Source of the DNA: Halobacteriovoraceae bacterium
Lineage (GTDB): Bacteria > Bdellovibrionota > Bacteriovoracia > Bacteriovoracales > Bacteriovoracaceae
NCBI GenBank assembly: GCA_963719505.1
Contig: CAVRCF010000001.1
Location: 256,001 to 320,000 of the forward strand
Reading direction: 5' to 3'
DNA length: 64,000 nucleotides
The position numbers and the translations under genes were made by a program. Shown piece by piece: positions 1 to 9,257 of the stretch. The notes under the pieces were generated by a model. The model saw only the letters and a program-made list of their open reading frames with translations. It searched no databases and was not told where the DNA came from. Every line of letters begins with the position of its first letter. The first letter of the stretch is position 1.

Positions 1-303
1 TCAATTGCAATCTCCAAACTTCAACACGAACGAGTTATTGGTGAAGATGGGACCACTTTTGAAGAGCATTATCACAAATCAATTGGAGAGATTGGGACTA
101 AGGTCTCTAAAACGAAGCTCGATAAAGAGCAATCCTCTGGTGTTTTGGCTCAAGCAAAATCAATTAAAGAAAGACTATCTGGAGTGTCAATAGATGAAGA
201 AACGGCCAATATGGTTAAGTTTCAACATGCCTATGATGCTTCTGCTAGAATGATAAAAACGGCTGATGAGATGTTCGATTCAGTTCTTGGAATGATGAGG
301 TAG
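1..303 (+). CDS. flgK: Flagellar hook-associated protein FlgK, C-terminal part (runs off window)
   Basis: Frame 1 translates to ...ERLSGVSIDEETANMVKFQHAYDASARMIKTADEMFDSVLGMMR*, the typical FlgK C-terminus; lies directly upstream of flgL. Confidence 0.93.
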   Translation, partial: SIAISKLQHERVIGEDGTTFEEHYHKSIGEIGTKVSKTKLDKEQSSGVLAQAKSIKERLSGVSIDEETANMVKFQHAYDASARMIKTADEMFDSVLGMMR

Positions 304-311
304 ATAAATAA

Positions 312-1466
312 ATGAGCAGAGTTTCAGAAGCTAGTTCATTTCACGCAATTAAGCATGCTGTTGGCAAAACAAAGTCAAGGCTTGAAGACTTGCAGATAAA
401 AGGGTCAAACCTTAAAGGGATTCAAAAGCCCTCAGATAATCCTGTGGGAAATGTTGAACTTCTTAGTATAAGATCTCAAAATGTAGATTCTGAACAATAT
501 TTGAGAAACGTCAGTTATGCCAAAACGCAATTAACATTCGCAGAAAACTCTATTGAGGAGCTGACTGATATTGTCAGTAAAGCCAAAGAAATTGCCATAG
601 GTCAGTCCTCCAACATCTTTGATGTGGAAGTAAGGCGAGCAGTCGCGGAAGAAGTTTCACAGCTAAAAAAGCAAGCGCTAGCCATTGGTAATAGAAGAAT
701 AGGAAATAAGTATATTTTTGGTGGTTATAAAAATACTGAAAGACCATTTAATGAGAAAGGTGAATATCTAGGTGATGACAACCAGGTAAAGCTAGAAGTT
801 TCAAAAGATTTCTATGTCCCTACTGGATTTCCAGGAAGTCATATCTTTTTTGAAAAAGATAGCTCGCGACTTTTAAATTCAGATCCTATGGGTGATGGAA
901 ACCTGATCGATCCCACAAAAGCTCTCGATCAGAAAAACTCAGAACAAGATATCGTCATCAACCGACTTCCCGCCGCTCAGAAACAAGAAAATGTTGCATT
1001 CGAAAGAGATATCATTCTTGGCCAACCACAACCTAGAACCTCCGGTGAGGTTGAAGGGTTTGAAGATGATATTATACAAGACAGATCAGCAGGAAGACTC
1101 AATGATAAAGGTACGGAACTGACTAAAGATACTCGTTCTCTTTTTGAGGAACTGCAATCTTTAGAAAATGCTTTAAAAACTGGAAATCATGAAATAATTC
1201 AAGATCTTCTTCCAAGACTTGACCAAAGTATGGATAAACTTATTCAAATTCGTACTAAGATTGGTTCGGTAATGAACTCTGTCGATAACTCTGAAAACTC
1301 TATTGAGAAAACCAAGCTGGCCAACGCTGAGTATACTAGTAAAATTGAAGATGCTGATGTGGCTGAGCTCTTCACAGACCTATCGCGTCAACAAAATGTA
1401 CTTAATGCTACCTACAAAGCAAGTGCACAGATGATGGGTAACAGCTTGATGGACTTTATTCGCTAA
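312..1466 (+). CDS. flgL: Flagellar hook-associated protein 3 FlgL
   Basis: Flagellin-like N-terminus (KPSDNPVG, GNKYIFGG), C-terminal EDADVAE..LSRQQNVLNATY...SLMDFIR; flgK-flgL-csrA-fliW synteny. Confidence 0.93.
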   Translation: MSRVSEASSFHAIKHAVGKTKSRLEDLQIKGSNLKGIQKPSDNPVGNVELLSIRSQNVDSEQYLRNVSYAKTQLTFAENSIEELTDIVSKAKEIAIGQSSNIFDVEVRRAVAEEVSQLKKQALAIGNRRIGNKYIFGGYKNTERPFNEKGEYLGDDNQVKLEVSKDFYVPTGFPGSHIFFEKDSSRLLNSDPMGDGNLIDPTKALDQKNSEQDIVINRLPAAQKQENVAFERDIILGQPQPRTSGEVEGFEDDIIQDRSAGRLNDKGTELTKDTRSLFEELQSLENALKTGNHEIIQDLLPRLDQSMDKLIQIRTKIGSVMNSVDNSENSIEKTKLANAEYTSKIEDADVAELFTDLSRQQNVLNATYKASAQMMGNSLMDFIR

Positions 1467-1717
1467 ATCACTACCCTCTTAAAAAATAACTCAATTTATT
1501 TTCTCTATATTATGGCGGATTTTCTGACTTTTCCACTAGGTAAAATAGACCAACCTATTGATTTTAATTATATATAGTATAATTTAGTAATATATACAGG
1601 ATTATACAAATTGAAATTATTTACTTGCATTTTCAGGCCTTCAATAATATATGAATGTCCCGTAGGTAAATAGAAAACTACCTTAATGAGGTTTTCTGTA
1701 ATTGAAGGATTAAGAAC

Positions 1718-1948
1718 ATGCTAGTTCTAACAAGGAAGCTTGGAGAAAGCATTGCCATAGACGATAATATCAAAATAGTTGTAGTCCAAATAAAAGGAAA
1801 ACAAGTACGTCTAGGTATAAAAGCGCCAAAAGAAACAAAAATTCACCGTGAAGAGGTTTATCAAGCTATTCAAGACCAAAACACGGAAGCCTCACAGTCT
1901 ACACCCGCTGATATAGCGAGACTTAGCGACGCGTTAACAAAGAAATAA
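1718..1948 (+). CDS. csrA: Carbon storage regulator CsrA
   Basis: MLVLTRKLGESIAI...VRLGIKAPKETKIHREEVY. Confidence 0.97.
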   Translation: MLVLTRKLGESIAIDDNIKIVVVQIKGKQVRLGIKAPKETKIHREEVYQAIQDQNTEASQSTPADIARLSDALTKK

Positions 1949-2034
1949 ATTCCACCTTGCAAATCATAATAATTGACTGATACCATCATAGAAGGTAGAA
2001 ATTATCCTACCACTACTTTTATTCGGAGGACGAT

Positions 2035-2601
2035 TTGAAAGTCAACACAACACGATTTGGAGAACTTCAAGTAAATAAAGAAGATATCATCAGTTTCCAG
2101 GAAGGATTATTAGGCTTTGAAAATCTAAATAAGTTCTTCGTTGTTGATCCGGGTGACAGTACTCTTATTCTTTGGTTACAATCTATAGATGATGGAAAAA
2201 TTGCTTTTCCAATTATCGAGCCAAAAATCTTTAAACCAGACTATGTCGCAAAATTACTCCCTGGAGATATGAAAAGTGTTGAGTTAGAAACACTTTCTCA
2301 AGCTAAAATCTACAGTATTCTTACAATACCAAGTGACATCACAACTATGAGCGCAAACTTAAAAGCTCCTGTCGTTATTAATAATGACAAAAAAGTTGCA
2401 AAGCAAATCGTTCTTCAAGATTCAAAGTTGAATGTTAAGCACGAAATGTATAAAGAATTAAAAAGCTATATCGTAGCCTTTGCATCTGACGACTCAAAAA
2501 GAACAAACGTTGAAGCTGCTGCTACTGAATCAAATGAGACAGTGGACACTTCTAAGAGTCAAGCTCACAACACATCTGCTGAAAGATCTAAAGAAGCTTA
2601 A
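2035..2601 (+). CDS. fliW: Flagellar assembly factor FliW (CsrA antagonist)
   Basis: TTRFG...GLLGFE...WLQS...SANLKAPVVIN...KQIVL; adjacent to csrA. Confidence 0.93.
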   Translation: MKVNTTRFGELQVNKEDIISFQEGLLGFENLNKFFVVDPGDSTLILWLQSIDDGKIAFPIIEPKIFKPDYVAKLLPGDMKSVELETLSQAKIYSILTIPSDITTMSANLKAPVVINNDKKVAKQIVLQDSKLNVKHEMYKELKSYIVAFASDDSKRTNVEAAATESNETVDTSKSQAHNTSAERSKEA

Positions 2602-2626
2602 ATTAAAAAGAAATTTTCAAAATAAG

Positions 2627-2654
2627 AAAGCCTTCAATTTGAAGGCTTTTTTTT
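2627..2654 (+). terminator. Intrinsic terminator, probably bidirectional
   Basis: aaagccttca-att-tgaaggcttt followed by a T run, between convergent fliW and the TPR gene. Confidence 0.8.
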
Positions 2655-2678
2655 ATTTAAAAATTTGTTTCGCTTTAT

Positions 2679-3419
2679 TTACGAGTGGAGTGAAGTCTCA
2701 GTCGCTGAACTCGACAGGTTCATATACATTACAAGTTCTTCATTATGGGGCTCTTTTTGGAGAGCATTTTGCCATTCCGTCTGCGCCTCAAGAACGTTAC
2801 CTGAACCATAATGAAGGAGTCCAAGTGCTACACGCGCTGGAATATAGCCTGGCTTCTCAGACTTAAGACGCCTAAGCTCTTCAATTGCCTTAGAAATATA
2901 GCCTTTTTTAGAATAAACTTTTGCGATTTTAATCCTAATTTCGAGATCTTCTGGGTTTAAACTAATCGCCTTGTTATATTCAAACAATGCCTCTTCATAT
3001 CTATTGTACGAGAAATACATTTCGGCAATTTCAAAGTGCTTCTTAGAAAACTTTGTATTGATGTGTGGGTCGTTGATTCCACTAGATTCATTTTTTACTT
3101 TCTTATTGGCCTTTTCAAAGACCTCTTGAGCCTGCTCATACTTGCCAATATCATTCAATATAACTGAAAGGCTTATCGAGGCATCAGTATGGTTCGGATC
3201 GAGCTCTAACACCCTATTAAAGGCTTTAATCGCCTTACCTAGCTGTCCCTTGATATGAAAGATGTTACCAAGGTAGAAATAGGCTTCAAAATTTGAAGGA
3301 TTTATTTCAGTCGCCTCTTCAAAAGCTGCAAAGGCCGCCTTGAGACTATTCTTATTGAATAATTCTTTACCTCGGGCCAATAATCTTTGCTCTTTAGAAG
3401 TTTCCAAATCAATCTCCAA
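2679..3419 (-). CDS. Tetratricopeptide repeat protein
   Basis: Several TPR-like repeats (AYFYLGNIF...AIKAFNRVLELDPNH). Confidence 0.85.
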   Translation of the reverse strand: MEIDLETSKEQRLLARGKELFNKNSLKAAFAAFEEATEINPSNFEAYFYLGNIFHIKGQLGKAIKAFNRVLELDPNHTDASISLSVILNDIGKYEQAQEVFEKANKKVKNESSGINDPHINTKFSKKHFEIAEMYFSYNRYEEALFEYNKAISLNPEDLEIRIKIAKVYSKKGYISKAIEELRRLKSEKPGYIPARVALGLLHYGSGNVLEAQTEWQNALQKEPHNEELVMYMNLSSSATETSLHS

Positions 3420-3425
3420 TAAAAA

Positions 3426-4172
3426 CTATTTAAGTTCTTTTTTACATTCAGCTTTTAACGACTCAAGTGTAAGTTTATCTTCTTTTTCAAGGAATTGAAA
3501 ATATCTATCCGAGTAAGCCATACATTTTTCATACTCGCGAAGGTTTTTAGAGCTCTCAACAACCCTTAGCATGGCGTGTTTTCGAACTTTCTTTTGTTCA
3601 ATATTTTCCAGTATATCTAGATATCTCCACCTTGCGGCTTTAAATTTTTCAGTTTTAAAGTAAAAATCAGCAACATACTTCTCTTTACCAATCAGCATTT
3701 TCTGACACTTATTAATTCGCTCTTTTGCATCTTTAGTGTATGCGCTTGAACTATAGCTTGTAAGAATTTCTCTGTAGTACTTGATGGCCTCTACCGCACT
3801 TTGGAGATCCCTGTCCTCAGTCTCTGGCACTTGAGCATAATAAGACTCTGCTATTCGATAGATGACGTAGGGTATTTGCTCATGCTTTGGGTGAAAATCT
3901 CTAAAAAGTAAATAAGCTGCCGCAGCTTCAATAAAGTTTTCCTGTTCAAAAAGAATATCAGCCTGGAGAAGTTCTGCTGGAGTTGCAAAGAAACTATAAG
4001 GGTATCGATTCTTTAATTGATTAAGTTTTTCTGTAGCGAGAATGTATCTTTCGTCTTTCACTAAGGACTTTGCCTCTTTAAATAGAACTTCTGCTTCCGT
4101 CTTTCCCTCTGGAGTTTCCGTAGCACAAGATAAAATTCCTAAAAATAAAGCAACTAAAAGTAATGATTTCAT
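3426..4172 (-). CDS. bamD: Outer membrane protein assembly factor BamD (lipoprotein)
   Basis: Lipobox LSC; YPYS..A..AEL..AD; FRDFHPKH...YVIY; DRD...E.YVADFYFK..KF.AA..RY. Confidence 0.85.
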   Translation of the reverse strand: MKSLLLVALFLGILSCATETPEGKTEAEVLFKEAKSLVKDERYILATEKLNQLKNRYPYSFFATPAELLQADILFEQENFIEAAAAYLLFRDFHPKHEQIPYVIYRIAESYYAQVPETEDRDLQSAVEAIKYYREILTSYSSSAYTKDAKERINKCQKMLIGKEKYVADFYFKTEKFKAARWRYLDILENIEQKKVRKHAMLRVVESSKNLREYEKCMAYSDRYFQFLEKEDKLTLESLKAECKKELK

Positions 4173-4212
4173 CTCTTTAATTTACATCAGACTCAGGCCT
4201 GCCGTCAAAAGC

Positions 4213-5259
4213 TTAACGCCTACTCGTATAAATTTCTAAGTAAACTTGGCGAATAAACAATTGAAAAAATGCAGCAAGTGGAATTGATATAATCATACCA
4301 ACGATACCTGCAACCTGAGAACCAATTATGACGCTTATCACAACGATTAACGGGTGAAGGTTAACTATTTTTGAAACCAGTAAAGGAAAGACAATGGCAA
4401 GATCAATAACATTTGCCACGACATACAAAACAATCATCGCCCCCAAAGTAGATTGAGGATTCTGATCAATCAGTCCAATAACAAGAGCGGGAGCAAATCC
4501 TAAAATAGGACCAATATAAGGTAGAATATTTGTAATTGCTGCCACAACACCTAGTAAGAAGGCAAAAGGATAACCAATAATGGCCAAGCCTGCGGTAATC
4601 ACAGATCCAACAATGACAGCCTCGATAAACTTAGCAAAAATATAGTCACCAAACTTTCTATTAAACTGATGAAAGAGATAATAAGCCCTCTCCACAATAT
4701 TATTAGGAATGATTTTTAAGAATTTAAAACGAATCTTTCTACCATCTCTCAAGATAAAGAAAATAAACAAAGGAATGACAAACCCCCACTCTAAAAGTGA
4801 GGTCAAGATATAGGGCACATAGGTCAAGACCGTTTTGGTACTTTCTTGTCCATACTGAAAAATTGTATCAACAGGGTTTGCTTCTATCTCATAGCTAAAA
4901 CGATCCTTAACTTCAGTCTTAAGTACTTGATACTTTTCACGAAGGTACTGCTCCAATTTTGGTATGTAATATTCGATTTTGTGTGATTCGTCTTTGATTG
5001 TCTTAATTCCCTCTACGACGGGATAAACAAATATAAAACTAACCATGATTGCCATAAGAATAGCAGCCGTTCTCTTTCGCAAACTCACCGAGCCCATTGC
5101 TCGCCTTAACGGCTGGACGATTAGGGTAAAGATATAAGCGATACCAAAAGGTATGATGATTCGACTAAGAGTCAACACGCCAATAAAAATAAAAGCAATT
5201 GTAACAAGAAAGAATATTAGCTGTGCTTTGTTTCCTTTGTAGGCCCGTCTATCAGTCAT
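4213..5259 (-). CDS. AI-2E family transporter
   Basis: Multi-TM protein with NILPYIGP and LHPLIVVISVIIG..AGIVGMIISIPLAA motifs. Confidence 0.88.
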   Translation of the reverse strand: MTDRRAYKGNKAQLIFFLVTIAFIFIGVLTLSRIIIPFGIAYIFTLIVQPLRRAMGSVSLRKRTAAILMAIMVSFIFVYPVVEGIKTIKDESHKIEYYIPKLEQYLREKYQVLKTEVKDRFSYEIEANPVDTIFQYGQESTKTVLTYVPYILTSLLEWGFVIPLFIFFILRDGRKIRFKFLKIIPNNIVERAYYLFHQFNRKFGDYIFAKFIEAVIVGSVITAGLAIIGYPFAFLLGVVAAITNILPYIGPILGFAPALVIGLIDQNPQSTLGAMIVLYVVANVIDLAIVFPLLVSKIVNLHPLIVVISVIIGSQVAGIVGMIISIPLAAFFQLFIRQVYLEIYTSRR

Positions 5260-5866
5260 CTTGCATACTTTCTGCTAGTCGATCTTTGGTTATCTTTAAT
5301 TCGCCTGCCATCAGTTGAAGTCGCTTTGCAACGACATAGGAAAGCGCTTTTATAAACTTTGCTGCGACAACTGGATGTTCTTCAATCAACTCTTCAAGGT
5401 CAGGTTTATAGATGGCCAACAGAGTAGTTTTCTCTAATGAAATTGAACTGGCATTTCTTCTATTTTGATCTTCTAAAAGCGATAGTTCACCAAAGTAGTT
5501 ATAGCGTTCTAGAGTTGTTAAAAACTTTATTTTAAAGTCGGGATCCTTAATTTGGTGCTTTTCGCAAAGGCTTATTCCAACTGATCCTTCAAAGATAATA
5601 TAAAAGCCAAATCCGCCCTCTCCCCTTGTGAAAACGACTTCATTAGCATCGTACTCTCTTATATGAAGAAACTTTGAGAAAGTGTAGAGTTCAAGGTCGG
5701 AGAAATCGTCAAAAGCTGGAATCTTTCTAAAAAAGCTTTGAACGTTCTTCTTTCTAGAACCAGTTAAGGGACTTGCTTGCCAGAAATATTTAATAATTGG
5801 AATCTTAAGTCGCTTGGACTTTGAATGAGCTTTTTTTTCTGTATTTGTTTCATTTAAGTCACTCAT
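5252..5866 (-). CDS. Cyclic nucleotide-binding domain protein
   Basis: VFTRGEGG.GFYIIFEGSV...YFGELSLL....RNAS. Confidence 0.85.
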   Translation of the reverse strand: MSDLNETNTEKKAHSKSKRLKIPIIKYFWQASPLTGSRKKNVQSFFRKIPAFDDFSDLELYTFSKFLHIREYDANEVVFTRGEGGFGFYIIFEGSVGISLCEKHQIKDPDFKIKFLTTLERYNYFGELSLLEDQNRRNASSISLEKTTLLAIYKPDLEELIEEHPVVAAKFIKALSYVVAKRLQLMAGELKITKDRLAESMQDD

Positions 5867-6510
5867 AGCTCTTTAATTCCTTCTTTCTGAATCCATCCTT
5901 GATGGCTTAGCGGATATTCTACCCTAACCCAATCATCTAGACGATCTTTTATAATAAAGATCATCCCCTTTGGTACCTCTTGGACCTGCTCAAACATCGT
6001 TGAAGGTCCGCGTAAAACTTTCGTCGTATCGACAGCGATAAACCTTTCATGCCCACTAACACTTACATAGAAGTAGACTACGGGAAGCGTAGCAATGAAA
6101 ATAAAGAGAGTTTTAAGTAACGGATTCATCTTTTTCACCACAGCTGAGATGATCAAAATCAAACTAACGCTCAAAAAAACGTCAAACTGAGTTGTGGACA
6201 GTTGCGTTTGAATTTTTTCAATGCGAGAAGATGGTCTCTCAATGGAGCTTACCCCCATCTTTTCTTTAACAATAGAGAGACTTTTGAGGGTTTGATTTGA
6301 TTCAAGCCCAAGATCTATAGATTTTTCGAAATTGATCCTCGCCAGGACAAGCTCATCCTTTGCAAGATAGATAGAACCAAGATTATAGTGAAACACAGCC
6401 TCATCAAATAAGACCTTATTTTCTTGTAAAACAAGCAAAGCTTGATCGAACTGCTTCGCCTCAAACTTTTCTTTAAATACGGATAAGATGCTCTTTGAAT
6501 TCTTAGTCAT
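5863..6510 (-). CDS. TPR + transmembrane + SH3-like protein (BatE-like)
   Basis: HYNLGSIY TPR, two TM helices, C-terminal RGPS...DWVRV...GWI SH3b-like domain. Confidence 0.65.
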   Translation of the reverse strand: MTKNSKSILSVFKEKFEAKQFDQALLVLQENKVLFDEAVFHYNLGSIYLAKDELVLARINFEKSIDLGLESNQTLKSLSIVKEKMGVSSIERPSSRIEKIQTQLSTTQFDVFLSVSLILIISAVVKKMNPLLKTLFIFIATLPVVYFYVSVSGHERFIAVDTTKVLRGPSTMFEQVQEVPKGMIFIIKDRLDDWVRVEYPLSHQGWIQKEGIKEL

Positions 6511-6555
6511 AAAGCATATTATGATATTCTATTAAAAAGAAAGCAAGGGACTTTA

Positions 6556-7320
6556 GTGACTAGCACAACGCAAAAGCAGGAAAACAAGAACGAAAACCCT
6601 GTGGATTTTTCTAAAGCTATTTTCTCAAGTGCTCACTTGAGAAAGCCCAAATTGGAGAACACCAACTTTGGAAATATCACCGATGCACTTGGTCCTTTTA
6701 TCCAAGATGATCATGGTAATATCTTTTATGATTTACGTTTTAATTCTGAAAAACCATTTTGGGGACACTCTCTGCCTTTGACTCTAAAATATAGCTTTAA
6801 GGCTTTGGAGGAATTACCAAAAGAGGTCATCTCGTTTAATAACCTCAATCAACAAAGGGACTTAAAAAAATCGTATCTAGTGAAAGACGTCTTTTTTTCC
6901 GAGGATCAGCTTCTGCCAAAAGAGCTCGCTAATCTAGAGACTCTTTTTCTCTACTTCTCTCCTGAGATTATTTTAGAGTATTCAGAAAATAAAATAATTT
7001 GCCAAACGCCCCCTCAAGAAAAACTCGTCTCTTATATCGAAACAGTTTTGATCCGTGGAAAAAGAATACAAGATATCCAATCACAAATTAAAATCTTTAG
7101 TGAGGGCCATGCAAATATCACTGCTCGAGGGCTCAATATTATTATAAAAGATAGCAAAGCCACTCCAGAGGATTTTGCTAACGAGTGTCTATATATCAAC
7201 GAATCCAATTACATCAAGAACCAACTTTACCTTAGTTTTCCAACCAGTTTTACAAAAGTTTCGATAACTGATCTTTTTGAAAGAATCAGCCACGTTTTAA
7301 GGAAGATAGAATGTTTATAA
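6556..7320 (+). CDS. Hypothetical protein with degenerate class III aminotransferase-like N-terminus
   Basis: GPFIQDDHGNIFYD...WGHSLP resembles G.yl.D.dG..YlD...lGH.hP; short, with no PLP-lysine motif; overlaps astA. Confidence 0.45.
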   Translation: MTSTTQKQENKNENPVDFSKAIFSSAHLRKPKLENTNFGNITDALGPFIQDDHGNIFYDLRFNSEKPFWGHSLPLTLKYSFKALEELPKEVISFNNLNQQRDLKKSYLVKDVFFSEDQLLPKELANLETLFLYFSPEIILEYSENKIICQTPPQEKLVSYIETVLIRGKRIQDIQSQIKIFSEGHANITARGLNIIIKDSKATPEDFANECLYINESNYIKNQLYLSFPTSFTKVSITDLFERISHVLRKIECL

Positions 7321-8327
7321 TGAGAAATGTCATCGAAAGTGACTTAGAGGATTTATTTGAACTTAGTTCAAAAGTCGTTTTTATCAATCTTCCCCATGAT
7401 AAAAAGATTATCAAAGATAAAATTTCAAAGTCTATAAAAAGCTTTAACTCTCCATCTAAGAACCTGGCAGACAACTATTATATCTTCGTGCTTGAGGATA
7501 CAGACTCTAGCCGTGTCGTAGGCGTCTCGATGATTCATGCTCAACACGGAACAGAACAAGAGCCTCATTTCTTTCTAAGAGTGTCTCATGAAAATAAATT
7601 CTCAACGACAATCAACACGGGCTTTGTTCACGGAACTCTAAAGCTTGGGCTTGATACCAATGGCCCTACTGAGATAGGTGGTCTTATTCTTCACCCTGAT
7701 TACAGGGGAAATGATCTAAAGCTCGGTAAGCAAATCTCATTTGTCAGATTCCTCTATATTGGTCTCAATCCTGAAAGATTTAAAGAAGAAGTCCATTCAG
7801 AATTAATGCCTCCTTTTGACAAGGAGGGAAAAGCTCCGCTTTGGGAAGCCATAGGACGAAGGTTTATGAATATGGAGTATCAAGAGGCAGACATTCTATC
7901 ACGCTCAAATAAAGAATTTATATTAAGCCTTTTTCCTAATGATAATATCTACATGACTCTTCTTCCAATGAAAGCCAGAGATGCTATTGGAAATGTTGGT
8001 TCCGATACAGCTCCTGTTAAGAAAATGCTTGAATCCATAGGTTTTGAATATACTCAAGAGGTCGATCCATTTGACGGTGGTCCCCATTATCGTTGTAAGA
8101 CCAGCCTTATAAAACCCATTAGAGAAATGAGAAAGCTAAAAGTGTTCAAAGCTTCTACGGAAAAATTAGAAACAAGAGTATTAGTTAATCTAGACAATCT
8201 AGGTCTTCAATTTGCCAGCGCAATGCTTGCTTGCGAAGTAGTGGAAGATAAAATCTATATCTCAGAAAAAGATTTGAATAAATTAAAGATTATTGAGAAT
8301 AAACCACTCGATGTTATTTTTCTTTAA
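7311..8327 (+). CDS. astA: Arginine N-succinyltransferase
   Basis: Y.FVLED...G.TEIGGL.L.P.YR...RFLYI...P.F...WEAIGRRF..M.Y.EAD...KEFI..LFP...D.FDGGP. Confidence 0.9.
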   Translation: MFIMRNVIESDLEDLFELSSKVVFINLPHDKKIIKDKISKSIKSFNSPSKNLADNYYIFVLEDTDSSRVVGVSMIHAQHGTEQEPHFFLRVSHENKFSTTINTGFVHGTLKLGLDTNGPTEIGGLILHPDYRGNDLKLGKQISFVRFLYIGLNPERFKEEVHSELMPPFDKEGKAPLWEAIGRRFMNMEYQEADILSRSNKEFILSLFPNDNIYMTLLPMKARDAIGNVGSDTAPVKKMLESIGFEYTQEVDPFDGGPHYRCKTSLIKPIREMRKLKVFKASTEKLETRVLVNLDNLGLQFASAMLACEVVEDKIYISEKDLNKLKIIENKPLDVIFL

Positions 8328-8956
8328 GAAGTCTTTGTATTGATTAAAATTCCAGAGGAACCTGAGATTGTGTACTCCTCCTCTTCTTCAGGATCTTTAG
8401 TCATCAGCTCCTGGGTTGCGCTTTTTCTGTATTCAAAGATCGCCATAAGACTGGAGATCTTCTCCTTTGATTCGCGAAGCTTCTCTCTTTCAGTTAACAG
8501 AAAAACCGATGTTGAATCTTTTGATTGATTTTTTATCTCTTGAATAAGTCTCTGTTCATCTAGGATCTCTTTACTAGATTTTAAGCCCAAGTCCCTTAGT
8601 GTGTTCATGGACTTCTTTTTGTCATGATTGAGATTTTTATCCTTTTTTTCAGGAAGGTGTTGAATAGCAATGGGAATATTTTCCAGCTTTATTGTTTCAT
8701 TGATCGGTATAATTTTGGCTTTAGTCTGACTTGTGTCTTCGTTAGAACTTGGCTCATCGCTTTCATCTTCAACGGATGGAACGAGTTTAGGCGTAAATTT
8801 TTCACGAGGATGATCAAAAGGCTCAAATCCTTCTGCTCCGGCGGCTATTTTTGTAACTTGGCCTTCTTCGTAAATGGAGTCCGTATATCTCTCAATCTCA
8901 CTAGGCGTTAAAACCCGGAGAATAGACATAATCGTTGAACCCATGGGTCCTAGCAT
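8324..8956 (-). CDS. Hypothetical acidic protein (C-terminal GILINTKTS)
   Basis: 210-aa ORF with RBS (ggag) upstream; no recognisable family. Confidence 0.6.
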   Translation of the reverse strand: MLGPMGSTIMSILRVLTPSEIERYTDSIYEEGQVTKIAAGAEGFEPFDHPREKFTPKLVPSVEDESDEPSSNEDTSQTKAKIIPINETIKLENIPIAIQHLPEKKDKNLNHDKKKSMNTLRDLGLKSSKEILDEQRLIQEIKNQSKDSTSVFLLTEREKLRESKEKISSLMAIFEYRKSATQELMTKDPEEEEEYTISGSSGILINTKTS

Positions 8957-9119
8957 AAACGCTCCTATCTCTGACTAAACTTGTCGGTTAATTTTACCAC
9001 GAACTTGAAAGAGTTTTAGCTATATTTAGGTTTATTTTCATTATTTTAGCTACTTAGATAGTAAAAAGGACTAGACAGAAGAATGATTTGACCTTATAAA
9101 TATTCTTACAGATTTCAAC

Positions 9120-9194
9120 TGGAATGTGGCGCAGTGGTAGCGCAGTAGACTGTTAATCTATTGGTCGTGGGTTCGAATCCCTCCATTCCAGCCA
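9120..9194 (+). tRNA. tRNA-Asn (GTT)
   Basis: Acceptor stem tggaatg/cattcca, anticodon arm gtaga-ctGTTaa-tctat, T-loop gttcgaatc, G73 and encoded CCA. Confidence 0.96.
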
Positions 9195-9210
9195 TTTAAT
9201 ACTGTAAATT

Positions 9211-9242
9211 AAAACCCTGTCTAACCCACAGGGTTTTTTTTT
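9211..9242 (+). terminator. Intrinsic terminator after the tRNA
   Basis: aaaaccctgt-ctaaccc-acagggtttt plus T run. Confidence 0.8.
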
Positions 9243-9257
9243 GACCAAAATTACTGA

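Noticed and set aside
5-193. 62-aa ORF in the supplied track
   Set aside because: Out-of-frame shadow of the flgK C-terminus, which is in frame 1 (1..303).
2480-2866. 128-aa ORF, and the many other 60-110-aa ORFs overlapping larger genes
   Set aside because: They overlap well-supported genes in other frames or strands, this one crosses a terminator, and none shows a motif.
9120-9194. tRNA-Asn as an integration site
   Set aside because: No integrase nearby and I saw no duplicated tRNA 3' end; flanking genes are housekeeping.
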